From contig JASCQW010000043.1 in assembly GCA_030264375.1 (NCBI GenBank), positions 63,847,328 through 63,911,016 of the forward strand: a DNA stretch of 63,689 nucleotides, in the 5' to 3' direction. The position numbers and the translations under genes are program-made. The stretch comes from Carcharhinus longimanus (Eukaryota). Positions 37,861 through 52,400 of the stretch are shown here, piece by piece. Each line of letters starts with the position of its first letter. Positions within the stretch are counted from its first letter, which is position 1. Under the pieces are notes generated by a model, which saw only the letters and a list, made by a program, of their open reading frames with translations, made no database searches and was not told where the DNA came from.

Positions 37861-38379
37861 AACAACTACTCTTGAAAAGTTGGCTGTGCTATTTAAAAAA
37901 AAATGCACCTTGTTGAATGTGGTGTGGCTTGTTTTTTAACCATATGCTCAATTCATAACCTCCAGTCAGCCTGAGAAACTGATGAATGTCAAATTTATCA
38001 ATTTTGAATACCTGCATTTTTACAAAACTTTTACCGTAATCGGGTCATTTCGGACCTGAACATTTAAGTGAAGAATATTCAGTGCTGTTAAATTCCTGGT
38101 TTTTCATGTAAATACTTCAATGTGATTGGCTGCTTACAGACATTATTACTACTGCTCGCCAAAACTTTCCCTCAACTTAGCGCTAGATTTAAGCTGCTGT
38201 CAGAAAAGGGGAAAGCCCCATCACAAAATTCAGCAGACCTTTGCAGGTGGCTCTCTTCACAGTCAGTAGCAATGCTGTTCTTTTGCTGTTGACTGCACAA
38301 TATGGACCATTAATCCAAAGATATGAGGTGTGTGGCCTTGTCTGTCAGCATATTATATAATTGAAATTTCTGTGAAGTT

Positions 38380-38632
38380 CTTAGTGGAGTGCCCCAGGGG
38401 TCGGTGCTGGGGCCTCAGCTATTTACCATTTATATAGATGATCTGGAGGAGGGAACCNNNNNNNNNNNNNNNNNNNNNNNNNNNNNNNNNNNNNNNNNNN
38501 NNNNNNNNNNNNNNNNNNNNNNNNNNNNNNNNNNNNNNNNNNNNNNNNNNNNNNNNNATCTTATTGAATGGCGGGGCAGGCTTGAAGGGCTAGATGGCCT
38601 ACTCCTGCTCCTATTTCTTATGTTCTTATGTA
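38380..38632 (+). mobile_element. Young CR1 (body collapsed in gap)
   Basis: [24 protein letters not shown] before the gap and tail GATGGCCTACTCCTGCTCCTATTTCTTATGTTCTTATG after it. Confidence 0.85.
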
Positions 38633-39129
38633 GAACAAGTCAATAAAAAGTGAGCTCTGAGTGACACACGTTGCTGATAGAACCATTGCAGAATAGAGCT
38701 AGAAAGTTCAAAGTGGCAGTGGTGATCATAGTAGTGTTAATTCAACATGCTCAATAGTTTGTTTTTGATGCTCTAGCAAATTATGGTGAGATGTACATAA
38801 TTACAAAATTTCCAGGACTTTTTGCCTTATTCTATAGATATGCCATGTGAAATTGGATTGCAAACAGTTGACTTGATATAATTTTGCAGTATGTGCCGAA
38901 AACAGTAAAATTGTATGAGTTTATCCATTTGTTAATTACATTGATAACTACAGCTATGCACAGCTTGTTATCCTGGATGCAATGTGTATCATCGTGACTG
39001 TTTAGTAATAAAAATTGAGAAATTTCAATGTTTCTTTTGAATATCACTATTAGTCACAAGTAGGCTTACATTACTACGAGGTTACTAGTGTAGCAGTGAT
39101 GGAAACTTATTCATGGTAGTCCCAGTTTT

Positions 39130-40292
39130 TTTTGCTTTAGGGTGTTAAGCCAAGTGTGGATGAGGGTAGTGCGGTTGATGTAGTTTACATGGATTTCAGC
39201 AAAGTCTTTGGCAAATTCCCGCATGGGAGGCTTATTAAGAAGGCTAATGCACGTGGGATATGGAGTGATCTGATAAGGTGGATTCCTAATTGGCTTAGTG
39301 GTAGGAGATAGAGTGGTGGTAGACAGCTGCTTTAGTGTCTGGAGGCCAGCGACCAGTGGCATACCATAGGGATTTGTGCTGGGCCCCCTATTGTTGGTCA
39401 ATGTGGAGGGTAAGATCAGTAAGTTTACTGATGACACAAAGATTGCTTGGGTGGTTAACGGTCTTGTGTTACAGGAAGATATAGATGAGATGGTCAAATG
39501 GTCGGATAAATGACAGGTGGAATTTAATTCTGAGAAGTGTGAGGTGATGCACTTTGGAAGGAGTAATTTGACAAGGAAGTATACTTTAAAAGGCCTGATG
39601 CTGGGAAGTTCCAAAGAACAAAGGGATCTTGGGTGTGCTTGTCCATTGATCTCTGAAGGTAGAAAGGCAGGTAAACAGGGTGATGAAAAAGGCATGTGGC
39701 ACACTTGCCTTTATCAATCGGGGTATAGATTACAAAAGCTGAGAGGTCACAGTGGAGTTATATCGAACTTTCAGGCAACAGCCGGAGTATTGTGTGCAGG
39801 TCTGATTGCCACGTTGTAGGAAGGACGTGAATGCACTGGAGGGGATGCAGAGGGGTTTCTTCAGGGTGTTGCCTGGGATGGAACATTTTATAGAGAGGTT
39901 GGATAGGCTTGGGTTGTTTTCTCTGGAGAAGAGAAGGCTGAGGAGCAACCTGATTTGAGGGATGTGGATAGGGAGCGGCAGTTTCTCTTAATTGAAGGGT
40001 CAGTTATGACCGGACACAAGTTAAAGGTGAGAGGTTTAGGGGGATTTGAGGAAAAACCTCTTTACTCAAGAACGTGGTGACAGTCTGGAATGCACTGCCT
40101 GAGAGGGTAGAGGAGGCAAGATGCCTCACATCCTTTAAAAAGTATCTGGGTGAGTACTTGACATGCCATAACATTCAAGGCTATGGGCCAAGTGCTGGCA
40201 AGTGGGATTAGGTAGGCAAGTCAGCAGCTTTCATGTGTTGGTGCAGACTTGATGGGCTGAAGGTCTTCTCCTGCAATGTAGGTTTCTGTGAT
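39130..40292 (+). mobile_element. CR1 LINE RT-to-tail fragment
   Basis: Encodes AVDVVYMDFSKVF, SKFTDDTK and MEFNSEKCEVMHFGRSN, with tail GGTGCAGACTTGATGGGCTGAAGG. Confidence 0.85.
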
Positions 40293-43200
40293 TTAGGAAC
40301 AGAAGCTGTCGTCAGTTTAAATGTCAGGTTGCCGAACCAGTTCAGTACCCTGCTGGAGAGGAAGAGTAATTCCACGATGTTATGCTCAAACTTGAGTTGA
40401 GGGCAAGGTGTTATATGCTTTGTGGTTTGGTCAGGGTTTCCACAGCCAAGTGAGGTTATGAGATGCCACTTATGCATCAGGTGGCCACATCGGCCATGTC
40501 TTGTTAAGATGTTTGATCAGAGAGTGTTTATTTATGGTGGTGTTTACTGTGCTAGGTTTCATCAGTATTGTAGTGATGGAGATGTTGGATTCATGTCCCG
40601 AGGCTATTTTGTAAAGCCATGTGGTGAGCTGGGGATGAGGAAGTTGCAGGTGTCTATGGATGCATCCCATTGAATGAGGGGAGGGGCAATATTTTGAGAG
40701 GACTTGTAACTGAACTGGAATAGATCTGAGAATTCCATAAATTGTGAAGTTTTGTGAACAGAGCAGAACTAAAAATGGTTCCTCATAATTTTACATGAAG
40801 AAAAGGGCCTCAAACCTAAAAGGATCAGCTCTTTATGTATCTGTGTAGTGTAAAAGTAGTGCAAACCCTGGTGGTGCTTGTTATATTTTGGGAGGGATGG
40901 AAAATGTATGTAAGATGAAGATTTTGGTTGCTTTGCTGTGTGTCAAAATAATAGGAGCTGGCAGGTGTTTAAAAAGTGCACGAGTCAAAGAAATTCAAGA
41001 CTAGTGAAGGACAGGTGGACGCTTCATGCTGTACACATCTTAGTAGTCTTAACTGTAATCTCAGCTGTTGCCTCAGTTTTGGGGATCTGCAGTACAACAA
41101 TAATTTAGACAATGCTTTAATTCAAACTAGCTTGACATTTGTAACGTTAAACCAAGTTTAAAATAATAGCGCCCTCTTGTCTTCAATTTATCAAATCTTT
41201 ATGGGAAAAACAGCTGCGAGTAAAAGCACCAACTGCTTTATTTGGCAGATGTTTGAATAATATCCCTTCTATTCAAGGAAATGTACTGATGAAGGCAGTT
41301 GTGCTCAAAAACTATTTTTGTTATTCCCCTGTTGATGCCTGATGTGTTGTCCATTACAACTTGTGGGATTAATTACTTCTTGGAGCTATTTGTAATATCC
41401 TTTTTTTCCCTGTACTTTACTAAGCTGGTTATGGCATGAATGTATGACTTGCATGTCACAAACCAACTGATGAGGCCTTTGTTTTAACTTGTGTGTTTAT
41501 TGGTTCAAGGTAGTGACAAAATTAAATGCTACAAAATAAAGCTTTAATTGTCAACAATTTTAATGTTAATTTGTGATTATGATTTTAAAAATCATGGAAT
41601 GCGAGTGTTGCTGGCTAGGTCAGCATTTGTTGCTCATCCTTAATTGACAGCTTTTTATTCAATTCTTTCTGAAGCCGAGACTTTGACTGTCACCATTCTG
41701 TGTAGCGATGTTGGTACTTGATCAAAGAAACATGGTCATTAATTGCCTCCTGCCTGTGGTGCATGAAGCTGATTTTATTTGACACACAATGCTGGACGTG
41801 CCCTTGTGAAATTTATCTTTTTTTGTGTGCAAAATTGAATTTTTTTGACTGTAAACCATGTGATTGCTGGTGCAAGTGTTTTCACATAGCTACCGAGCAG
41901 TCTGACAACCCAAAACACTTGGTGTCATTCTCTTGAGGATGTGGATTCTGCCCGTTCTAGGAACAGAGCAACCACTCTAGGATGACATTGATTTTTTTTG
42001 AGGGAGCTATTGTTTTTTTTGGGACAAGCCATTTTAAATGCTTATTCAATAAACAGTTTTCCTATTCAATTAATCATATTTAAACACACAAAGAATGGCA
42101 TGCCTCAGTGATGTAGAGTATATAATGGTGATATATTGAGCTGATCTTTTAACTGGATATGGAAGCGTGTTTCCGTGCTTGAATAGCTATGCAGTATTTT
42201 TTGGAAGAAATCCGATATTCCTCTGCATTCCTGACCATGTGCTATTTTCCTCCAGCCTTTTTTCAGATTGGGAATGCCTAGTGTGCAAAGCACACTCCAA
42301 CCCCACTGAAGTCAGGTTTCCCAATTTAAAAGTGGGGGGACGGTGAAAATCAGTCTTCCTTCTGCCACATTTTTTGCCTGATGCTTTGGGGTTTTAGAAG
42401 CCCATTTACTGCATGTCAGGTTTGAGAGTTCATGAAGAAAACTGAAAAGCTGCTGAGGAGTCTGGAACATTCTGAAATGTTTTCACATATTCAACTGTCA
42501 CTGTTAGGTACTGTATTGTTATGTAGGTTTATTTTAAAGCAATGATTCATCATAGGGACCTGCCCATTAAAGGTTAAGTTGACTACTACGTTGACCAGCC
42601 TTGTACATTCATTCACATGCACTATAGTTCTTTTCCAATGGTGAAAATAGCATAATGCAATAAAAAGATATTACAAAATCAACCTGACAGCCAGTGCTCT
42701 GGCTGATCTAGAAACTGGCTTTGATGCTTGAAAAATATCCAATCTCTTGCTCCCTTAAACTGATTGACAGTCTAATTTGAAAGTAAAATGAACACCTTCT
42801 GTTATTTCCTTTCCAGAGGATAGTCTATGGTTTGGATTGTTCTGGTCAATATGAATGCTTGACATTAATAGGTTTCAGCTCAGTAGGTGTTCCATACATC
42901 AGAGAATGAATGACTGTTTCAAGAAGTTGCAATAACAGATTGTGCCCTTTGATCTGGTTTCTGGTTTGTGGACACAAGCTCATGGAAATACAAATGTTAC
43001 AATGTTTATTCTACATTGTAAAATGATTTTATTTCTCAGAATCCATGATACAAAGGTCTTACATTCCCAAGGAATGTAAAATGGACTCCATTTATATTGT
43101 ATGAAATCTGAGGACTGTACATAGTGCATGCTGGGCATATGGTTATGGAGGATAAATGGGGATCATAGAGGTGGCATGGGTGATCTGAGGGGGCACAGAC

Positions 43201-43811
43201 TAGCATGGGGAATGGGGGGGGGAGTGGGCAAGAGAGGTGAGGGTTAGGGACTCTTTAAATACTTATTAATTGGAATATTGTATTGAAGAACAGAGGTAGG
43301 CTTTCTGACCAGCCTATCTCTGCACCCATACTCTTCATGCACTCCAATGCAGCTGATAAGCTGCAGTGCAAACCCGATCCCAGTGGAAAGACAGAAATTT
43401 AATTTACAGTTATACGTGGGTCAGGTGTGCAGTCTTTGATCCGTAAAGTGTGCTGTGTCGGGTTTTCCTGAGCTCAGAGGAAGATTCAGCTTAAGTCATT
43501 ATTGCATTTTGGCACAAATAATCCCTTTTGTAAACCCATTAACAATTAGAGATTAAGTTTTCAAATTATGTTGTAATTAAGAGCCAGTTCTGTGACACCG
43601 ATCAGCTTTTGCATAAGTGCTAAGGAACATGTGAACCTGTTGCTGCTCCAGGCAACTTTGTTAATATTGTATTCTAGTTGAGATATCAAAACTGAAAAGC
43701 ACTAGAGTCAGCAGAATGGGAATGAAATACCAATTTGCTGGTTAAAAAAAGGACATTTGAATGATGAATTAAACCATATGCATCCACTTGTAGATTTTCA
43801 CAAAACAATAT

Positions 43812-44099
43812 GGGTGGTGCAGTAGAACAGTGGTTAGCACTGCTGCCTCACAGCACTGGGGACACGGATTTAATTCCAGCCTTGGGTGACTGTGTGGAGT
43901 TTGCACATTCTCCCCGTGTCTGCTCCAGTTTCCTCCTACAGTCCAAAGATGTGTAGGTTAGGTTGATTGGCCATGATAAATTGCCCCTTAGTGCCCCAAG
44001 GTATATAGGTTAGGGGGTATATAGTTGGGATTATGGGATAAGCCTAGGGAAGAGTTAGTGCAGACTTAATAGGCTAAACCTTCTGCACTGTAGGGATTC
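43812..44099 (+). mobile_element. HE1/V-SINE with CR1-type tail
   Basis: CAGTGGTTAGCACTGCTGCCTCACAGC head and CTTCTGCACTGTAGGGATTC end. Confidence 0.85.
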
Positions 44100-45339
44100 C
44101 AACTCCGTTAACAGCACAGGAACCCAAAAATTAGATTACTATCGTAGATCTGAATTTTCAGATATGGCACCTCTTTATATTACAATGATGAGAAAAAATG
44201 AATGTACAATTAAGATTAGTTTTAAAAAATAATAAAACACTTTAAAATTTGCAATAAGAATTTTGGTTTTGTTTGGACGTGAAGCTTTTCTCAATATATT
44301 AGTAATTACTCATAGCAGTTGCTATCAATGCTGATATACAACTTGGTGAGTCAGAAAGTAAGATGGAAAGCTTCAGACACTAATGAAATGGACGGCAGGA
44401 ATCTATCTTTTTTATTGATTCAAAATTGCCCGGAACCAATGAATTTTGCCTAGGCACTTCAAAAGCAAAATGGCACAATTTTCAGGATAACCAGGAATTC
44501 CTGAACATAAGTCTGTGACATACGCAAAAGGTCTGTGGTTGGAGCTAAATAAAAAGAAACAGTGGTGGAATACAGATGTGACCTCATTCTACCCCATTTT
44601 CCAGTCTCTTGACTGGAGAGTTAGCCCAAGTCGGACCAAAGTTTCAGGTTCATCTTGAAGGAGTGGGTTTTGAAGAGGATCCTGAAGATTTGGAGGGAGG
44701 TAGTTCGGCTGAGGATTTTTGGAAGTTTCAGGACGTAAGACTGAGATGGTTGAATACTTCTTCATGAATGGTACCTTAGGCATATGGGGAAAGCAATGGA
44801 GGACAGTCAGAAAAATGGAGGATGCACCTTTGAATATAGAACTGGAGTAGAGTGACTTAGATATGGTGGGATTTGTTGTTGTGTAAGAATATCAAAGTTT
44901 TTACTTTAGTTCCAGGTAAATAATTGTTAAAATAAATTGTTCTAGTTTCACCCACCAGTGGAAACAACTTCCCCACTTCTATCTATTCCCTTCATAATCT
45001 TTTATGTTCCTCTGGGATTTCCCCACATTCTTCTGAATTCCAATGAATATAGTCCCAGTATATCCTTTCTCAAGTAAGGAAACCAAAACTGTACACAGTA
45101 GTCTTAGGTCGGTCCGCCTCGTGTCCAACGAGGGGCATACACGCGATGGGTCGTACTGGGGCTGCTCTTGGTTGTTCGAGATTAGCCTAGTGCTTCATGT
45201 CGTTAGTGTGTGCCTAAACTNNNNNNNNNNNNNNNNNNNNNNNNNNNNNNNNNNNNNNNNNNNNNNNNNNNNNNNNNNNNNNNNNNNNNNNNNNNNNNNN
45301 NNNNNNNNNNNNNNNNNNNNTAGGTGGATATCAACAGTA

Positions 45340-47130
45340 TCAGGAAAAAACATGAAAACATCCCTCATAGCATTGTTAACACTCATTGAGATGCAAAAGA
45401 CTATCCAACAGATGATGGATAATGAGGCATGTGGCAGACAACATTCCTGCAGAGATCGATGAAGTTGCTGGCGACGAATTCATGTTTTTGCAAACTAGGA
45501 AGAGTAAGTGCTATCTCCCTACTTCGGCAGTGCCATAATTCTTCACTTTAAGAAAGGTGATAATTTGTGGAAACTTGAGGCATGTGTATCCCTTCTGTCC
45601 ACTGTTCTTGAAGCCCCCTGTACTGATCCCTACCTGTCCACAAAGATATTATTATACTGGAGAGTTTCCGACTATCCAGGGGAACTTCAGATATGACCTT
45701 TGTTGCTCGACATAGTGTCTGGTACAATATAAAGGTACGTGGTCTTTATTGACCTGTCGAAGGCCTTTGATTTCTTCAGCTGCAAAGCACTTTGAAAAGT
45801 CCTCCAGAGATTTGGAAGCCTAACAAACTTGTTACTGTCATGCAGGAGTCACAGCAGCCATGTTTTAAAGTAAAAGTTTATTTATTAGTCACAAGTAAAA
45901 CTTACATTAGCAGTGCAATGTGATGTGCAGTCATCACAGCCCGGTGCCTGTTCAGGTCAATGCACCTAACCAGCCTTTCAGAATGTGGGAAGGAAACCGT
46001 AGCGCCTGAAGGAAATGCACGCAGACATGGGGAGAACTCCACACAGTGATACAAACCAGGAATCAAACCTGGCATTGTGAAGCAACAGTGCTAACTAGTG
46101 TACTGCCCCTAAAATGTCAGGAGTGGGATTTGAAGGGGCCAGAAGTAATCAGGATTTCTCAGGGAAATAGCCGTACTGCTCAAGTCTGGTGCCTTAGATC
46201 ACTTGGACATCCTGACAACTTTGACACTGCTTTGCCGTGGTTTGGATACTGAGCCTTTTCATATTTAGACAAGCATCAAGTAAAGTTATGTGACTTCTCC
46301 AATTTCATCTACTTCAGCTTTGCACAGAACTATTGCTTCTACAAGGAATCATAATTGAGTTTCAACTTGATGGGAAGCTTTTTACCTTCAGTCTAAGAGC
46401 CAAAACTAAGTGGTGCTCCTGCATATCCATAACTTGCAGTACGCTGATTGTTCCATTATGCCCCACACTGAAAACGACATTCAGACCACCCTCAACCTCT
46501 TGAACTCTGCGTGCAAAAGGATTGGTGTGTCACTTGATGTCAAGACCAACTCTCCTCTGGGTCAGCAGCTACATCTCCAGCTATTATTGGAAAGGGGGGT
46601 GGTTTTGTTGATTGCTTCCCATATCTCTGCAGCAACCTTTTCTCAAAGGGTCACTGTTGGAAATGGAGATCCAGCACTGAATCAGCTTATGCCAATGTAG
46701 CCTTCCAGAGATTGGTCAACTGAGTCTTCAGGAACTGGGATCTGCAAAAGAGAACAGAGGGCTTTAGTCTACCACACTGTTGTTGTCATTGATCTTTAGC
46801 AGTGATTCTTGGGTCAGTTATTGATGAGTGCTGGGGAATTGCCACCAACAGTGTCTCCACAGGATACAGTTAAGTGGGAAGACTGGTGAACAAACTTCAG
46901 CACCTTCACTTTCCTGTGGTATCACAACCACAAGCATGCAAAATTGGCTCTGCTGCTCTTTGCATTCACATGCCAAATAATTGGCTTCTGAAATGGGTCC
47001 TCTTTTCTCTTCAACTTCAGGATGTCACCTGATCTGAGGACAGAATCCTTGTTTGTAAGGATAAGCTGAAGGTCTCCCTGAAAAAAGACTAAATTGACAC
47101 GTGTAGGAGGAACTTGCTGCAAACTGCCAT
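45340..47130 (+). mobile_element. Degenerate RTE-clade LINE, interrupted by a V-SINE
   Basis: RT remnants SAIILHFKKGD...CVSLLST, VVFIDLSKAFD and HNLQYAD. Confidence 0.7.
45874..46109 (-). mobile_element. V-SINE with type-B tail (internally deleted)
   Basis: GTTTATTTATTAGTCACAAGTA...CTTACATTAGCAGTGCAATG tail and reverse head GCAACAGTGCTAACTAGTGTACTGCCC. Confidence 0.75.
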
Positions 47131-47252
47131 GTTGTGGTACCTCATCTAACAAACTGAAACACCATTGGAAGTTGACGTGCTGAAAGTGAAAGGAGAGTGA
47201 GCAGAACCCTGGCTCAGGCTCTCTGCCTTCCTCAGGGCAACTCCTGGCTCCA

Positions 47253-47585
47253 GGTCTTCACGGAGGAGGACATGAATAATTTGCCGGGTGTTAGCGATGG
47301 AAAGGTGGTAGGACTGGAGGGTCTAAATGACGTTATTGTTACTAGAGAGGCGGTGCTCGACAGACTGGAGGGACTGATTGTGGACAAGTCCCCAGGACTG
47401 GATGGAATGNNNNNNNNNNNNNNNNNNNNNNNNNNNNNNNNNNNNNNNNNNNNNNNNNNNNNNNNNNNNNNNNNNNNNNNNNNNNNNNNNNNNNNNNNNN
47501 NNNNNNNNNCCATGATCTTATTGAATGGCGGGGCAGGCTTGAAGGGCTAGATGGCCTACTCCTGCTCCTATTTCTTATGTTCTAG
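47253..47585 (+). mobile_element. Young 5'-truncated CR1 (body in gap)
   Basis: Encodes VFTEEDMNNLP...VLDRLEGLIVDKSPGLDGM, then a CR1 tail identical to the one at 38560-38620. Confidence 0.85.
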
Positions 47586-49266
47586 ATGTCATCCTTGTTT
47601 TTGAGGGACTGTTTGTAAGTGGTATCGTAAAAAATCTCTCAACACCAGGTTAAAGTCCAACAGGTTTATTTGCTAGCACAAGCTTCCAAAATGTCGCTCC
47701 TTCAAGTGAGTGAGTAGTTGTGTTCACAAACAGGGCATATATAGACACAAACTCAATTTACAAGATAATGGTTGGAATGTGAGCCTTTACAGGTAATCAA
47801 GTCTTAAAGATACCTATTTCTTGTGTTCTTAAGAGGGTTAAGTACAGATTAAAGAGATGTCTGTTGTCTCTAGCCGGGACAGCTAGTGAGATTTTGCAAG
47901 CCCAGTGATATACCATGGGATCACCCACGCTTGACCAAGTTGCTGGTTTGAATGACTTATACTGAGAGAAAACAGAATGTCTAACCTCCAGGCAGGCAAA
48001 GACATGCAGAGTACAGGGCTCTGCAATAAAATGTCAGGATAAAGAAGCAAAGTTAATGTTTTGAAATAAACTTTGGGTCTCGTTTGTGCTACTCCATCTG
48101 TAATTACAAATGTACTAAACTAATCATATAAAAACATTGAGTGTTAATAATGTATCACATAGATGGTGTGAAAGATATTTCAAAGATACACAATTTCCAG
48201 TCAGAGTACTGAGAACATTCCTCTGTATGCATTCTTATGTTAAATAAACTGCTCGTTTTACCTACAACTGAGTGTCTTTTAGATGCTCCACAAGTGACTG
48301 GAAATTGATCCAATTTCCATTTGGCAGTTTAGGTGTCCTGGGCAATTGTTCTCCTTCAATCAACACCTTGTCAAGTACAGTGAATAATGGAAATGCTGGC
48401 AGTAGTGGAAAAGTATGGTTGTANNNNNNNNNNNNNNNNNNNNNNNNNNNNNNNNNNNNNNNNNNNNNNNNNNNNNNNNNNNNNNNNNNNNNNNNNNNNN
48501 NNNNNNNNNNNNNNNNNNNNNNNNNNNNNNNNNNNNNNNNNNNNNNNNNNNNNNNNNNNNNNNNNNNNNNNNNNNNNNNNNNNNNNNNNNNNNNNNNNNN
48601 NNNNNNNNNNNNNNNNNNNNNNNNNNNNNNNNNNNNNNNNNNNNNNNNNNNNNNNNNNNNNNNNNNNNNNNNNNNNNNNNNNNNNNNNNNNNNNNNNNNN
48701 NNNNNNNNNNNNNNNNNNNNNNNNNNNNNNNNNNNNNNNNNNNNNNNNNNNNNNNNNNNNNNNNNNNNNNNNNNNNNNNNNNNNNNNNNNNNNNNNNNNN
48801 NNNNNNNNNNNNNNNNNNNNNNNNNNNNNNNNNNNNNNNNNNNNNNNNNNNNNNNNNNNNNNNNNNNNNNNNNNNNNNNNNNNNNNNNNNNNNNNNNNNN
48901 NNNNNNNNNNNNNNNNNNNNNNNNNNNNNNNNNNNNNNNNNNNNNNNNNNNNNNNNNNNNNNNNNNNNNNNNNNNNNNNNNNNNNNNNNNNNNNNNNNNN
49001 NNNNNNNNNNNNNNNNNNNNNNNNNNNNNNNNNNNNNNNNNNNNNNNNNNNNNNNNNNNNNNNNNNNNNNNNNNNNNNNNNNNNNNNNNNNNNNNNNNNN
49101 NNNNNNNNNNNNNNNNNNNNNNNNNNNNNNNNNNNNNNNNNNNNNNNNNNNNNNNNNNNNNNNNNNNNNNNNNNNNNNNNNNNNNNNNNNNNNNNNNNNN
49201 NNNNNNNNNNNNNNNNNNNNNNNNNNNNNNNNNNNNNNNNNNNNNNNNNNNNNNNNNNNNNNNNNN

Positions 49267-49438
49267 GAAAAAGACCCATCCACAACCACTCTCTGCCTTC
49301 TGCAGGCAAGCCAGTTCTGGATCCACAAGGCCAAAGCCCCCTGTAGTGTATAAACTCCACGGAGACAGTGACCTGAAGTTGGAATTGAACCCAGGTCCCT
49401 GGCGCTGTGAGGCAGCAGTGCTAACCACTGTGCTGCCC
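49267..49438 (-). mobile_element. V-SINE head fused to a CR1 fragment
   Basis: SINE head at 49350-49438 joins LALWIQNWLACRRQRVVVDGSF (CR1 RT). Confidence 0.7.
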
Positions 49439-52400
49439 TGTGATGCACGTGCTGCACAGGAGTGGTTTGTGCTCAAGCAATGCAAGCTGATGCTCTGGGG
49501 ACATGGATTCATGGTAGTTGGTGGAATTCTAATTACATTTATAACCTGGAATTGAAATCCAGTCTCGCCATAATTGTAGAAACCCATCTGCTTTACTAAT
49601 ATCCTTTTAGGAAAAGAAATCTACTTTCTTACCTGGTCTGCCTTGCATGTGACTCCAGTGATTGACTCTGAAGTGCTCGTTGAAATGGCCAAGCAAACCA
49701 AATTCAAGGGCAATTAAAGATGGACAATAAATGTTAGCTCAGCCAGCAATGCCCACATCCCCAAATGAATAATTTTAAAGGCCATTGGGGCTCAGCCATA
49801 AGGACTAAGTTCACTCTGTTTAAGGACATACCTGCCAGAAGATGGTGAGGGGAAAAGTAACTTGTCCTGACCAGTCTACTTGTAACAGCTGTATGTATCC
49901 ATGACTGTTTATTGGAGTGACCACTACCTAATCCCACTCTCTTTCTGATCCAAGATAACCAACATATAACAATAACTCTGCTCCTCATTCCATAGCTAGT
50001 GTTTTTGGTTGGATGTTTTTGCTTAGTAGCTGGGTAACTGGGTTTACTGGTTGTACTTATTTGCATTTGTGATACAGAAAATTCCCTACAGTCAGCAATG
50101 TTTAACTAGTGAATTTTTGAGCCACTATTTGTCAGACCTGCTAAACTGGCTTTTAGATGGGGTAAACCAGAGAAGAACCAAAATTTGCAGAGATATTTTT
50201 ATCTTTTTAAGCACCAAGATTAAGCAGGCAGTTGAAACAACTGTAAAGATGCAAGCAAAACTTAATATTNNNNNNNNNNNNNNNNNNNNNNNNNNNNNNA
50301 GGAATATTTAGAATCTATTTAACAAGCTTCTAGTGTTTAATAATTTGAGCTTTGTGGCAACTTCCTTGAAGTGATTGAAGTTTGAAGAAGTTCTATCCTG
50401 GGGGCTTACTAGGCCATTTCAAAGTACAATTAAGAATTGACCACCATTATTGTGGGTCAGAAGTCACATATAGGCCAGATTGGATAAGGATGGCAAATTT
50501 TCTTCCCTGAAGGATCTTAGTGAATCAGATGATCTAGTGGGAGCACGTGATGATGTAGCGGAGTAAAAATCCTACAAATGAAGCTGCTTGTGAATTCCAG
50601 CAACATTGCATGGAAGCCTCAACCTGGATTTGGGTACAGAATTGGCCATAAACAGCAGGTGCTTGCAGGAAAATAACATCTGGACAGAGGTAGGCCTTGA
50701 ATGGTTTCTTTTTAGCAGATTGTGGTTTGAAGTCCTTAATGTTCCTAATCTAGATTAATGACTTTGGTAACCAAACAATGAAGTTGACGATAATTGGTCT
50801 AGTTAGGGACCTACTGAAAGGGAAACTTGTGGAAAGGGATTAGTGATGTTAATGGAAGTCTCAGGCTTAGCATACCAAAAAATTGTGGATCAAAAATGAG
50901 CAAATCAACATGCAATTTGATTGACTGCTCACATGGGCTGATCAGTACGAGATAGGGAAGGGCAGGGTCACAAATTTAAAAAAATGCAAATTTTANNNNN
51001 NNNNNCCCGCCCCTTCCCTATCTCGTAATTGTTTTAGCCTTACAAACCACTTCTTGGTATACTTGTGCATTGCTGTTTTTAATCAGTCCAACACTGACTA
51101 TGCTTTAATTTGCCTTGTCAGAATTTCTGGAATTCCCACCCTAAATCTCTTATCAGATTGTCTCTCCTTGCCTGAGATGCTCCTTTGCATTTGGGTCACC
51201 TGTCCTAATATCTCCCCATGTATTTTGTTTAACACAGTGAAATGTTTTTAGGAACCTTTTACACGTGTGCTATATAAATGCACTTGCTTAGTTGTACTGC
51301 TAGATCATCGAAGTAAAAATTATGCTAAAAATGCATCATGTTCTGGATATTCCTGAAATGTAACCCTGTTACAGAGAAAAAACAATTGACTTGACTGGCC
51401 TTCATCTGTAGTCAGCTTGGGAGAAATTTCTAGGTTGCCTGTTTGGGTAACTATGACCATGCAAGAGTGCTGGATGGACAACTAGGCTGCTGGTTGCAGA
51501 GATAGGAAGGAAGTGGTTTGTAAAGTAGATATGCTGATTTGGATCCCTTTTTGTTTTTACGTGTTCTTTGGCTGGATGGTTAGTTATTTTGATTAGCTTT
51601 CATTTGGAATAATGTTGAAAAAAGGCTGGTGGCAAGTTGTAAGTAGGTGAGTATCCTAAGGAAAGTCATTACAGGGGGAAATTGCATTGAACTATACAGC
51701 ACTTGTTGCAAGGTTCTTGCAGAATATGACACATTGCCCAATAGTCTATGTGCAATGACTGGCGTCACTAATACAGCTTTTTGAAATTATTTTGAGTACT
51801 TGCTAAAATAACTGTTTAGATGGTGAATCATTTTTCTTATGGGTGGCTGACTTAATTCTGGGTTGCTTGGTGCAAAAAATTTTAGTAGTCCAACTTTCAT
51901 TTTTGTATTTTTTTTTCAAATATTTATGCAATTCAAATGTTCACTTTTCTGCTCTACCTTTTGGACTCTGTGCATAGAATCATGGATTATTTTATGCTGT
52001 AATTCACCAGAAGGAACTGGGCTAAATGCCATTTGTTCCACGCACGTTCATTACTCATTTAAGAATGGAGACCTCAACCTACCTATTGGTGTATTTAACC
52101 CTTCTTGCAGGTTAAAGGTTGGTGTGCTAAATCCACTGCTAGTTTTTTTCTTTTAATAACTCTGCTTAATTCCTCACGTTCCTAAACTGTAACCCCTAAC
52201 TTTGTGGAAATTCTTCTTGATTGCCTCCTCAACTTTTATTTATATAATTGTTAATTGCAGATTTAATAGAGACATGGTAGTTATCACTAAATATGTTTGA
52301 TCATTCTGAACTTTGTGCTTTGTTCATAGCTTAATATGCCTAACATTGTCATAAAAGCTGTCATAATTGTTCCAATATTATTGCAGTCTGGAATGGCTTC

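Noticed and set aside
45108-45220. CpG-rich, atypical sequence next to a gap (also 52500-52562)
   Set aside because: Short, with no recognisable motif; likely low-quality contig ends or foreign reads.
48262-49587. Long 312-441 aa ORFs
   Set aside because: Artefacts of reading through the N run at 48424-49266. The same applies to all X-containing ORFs.
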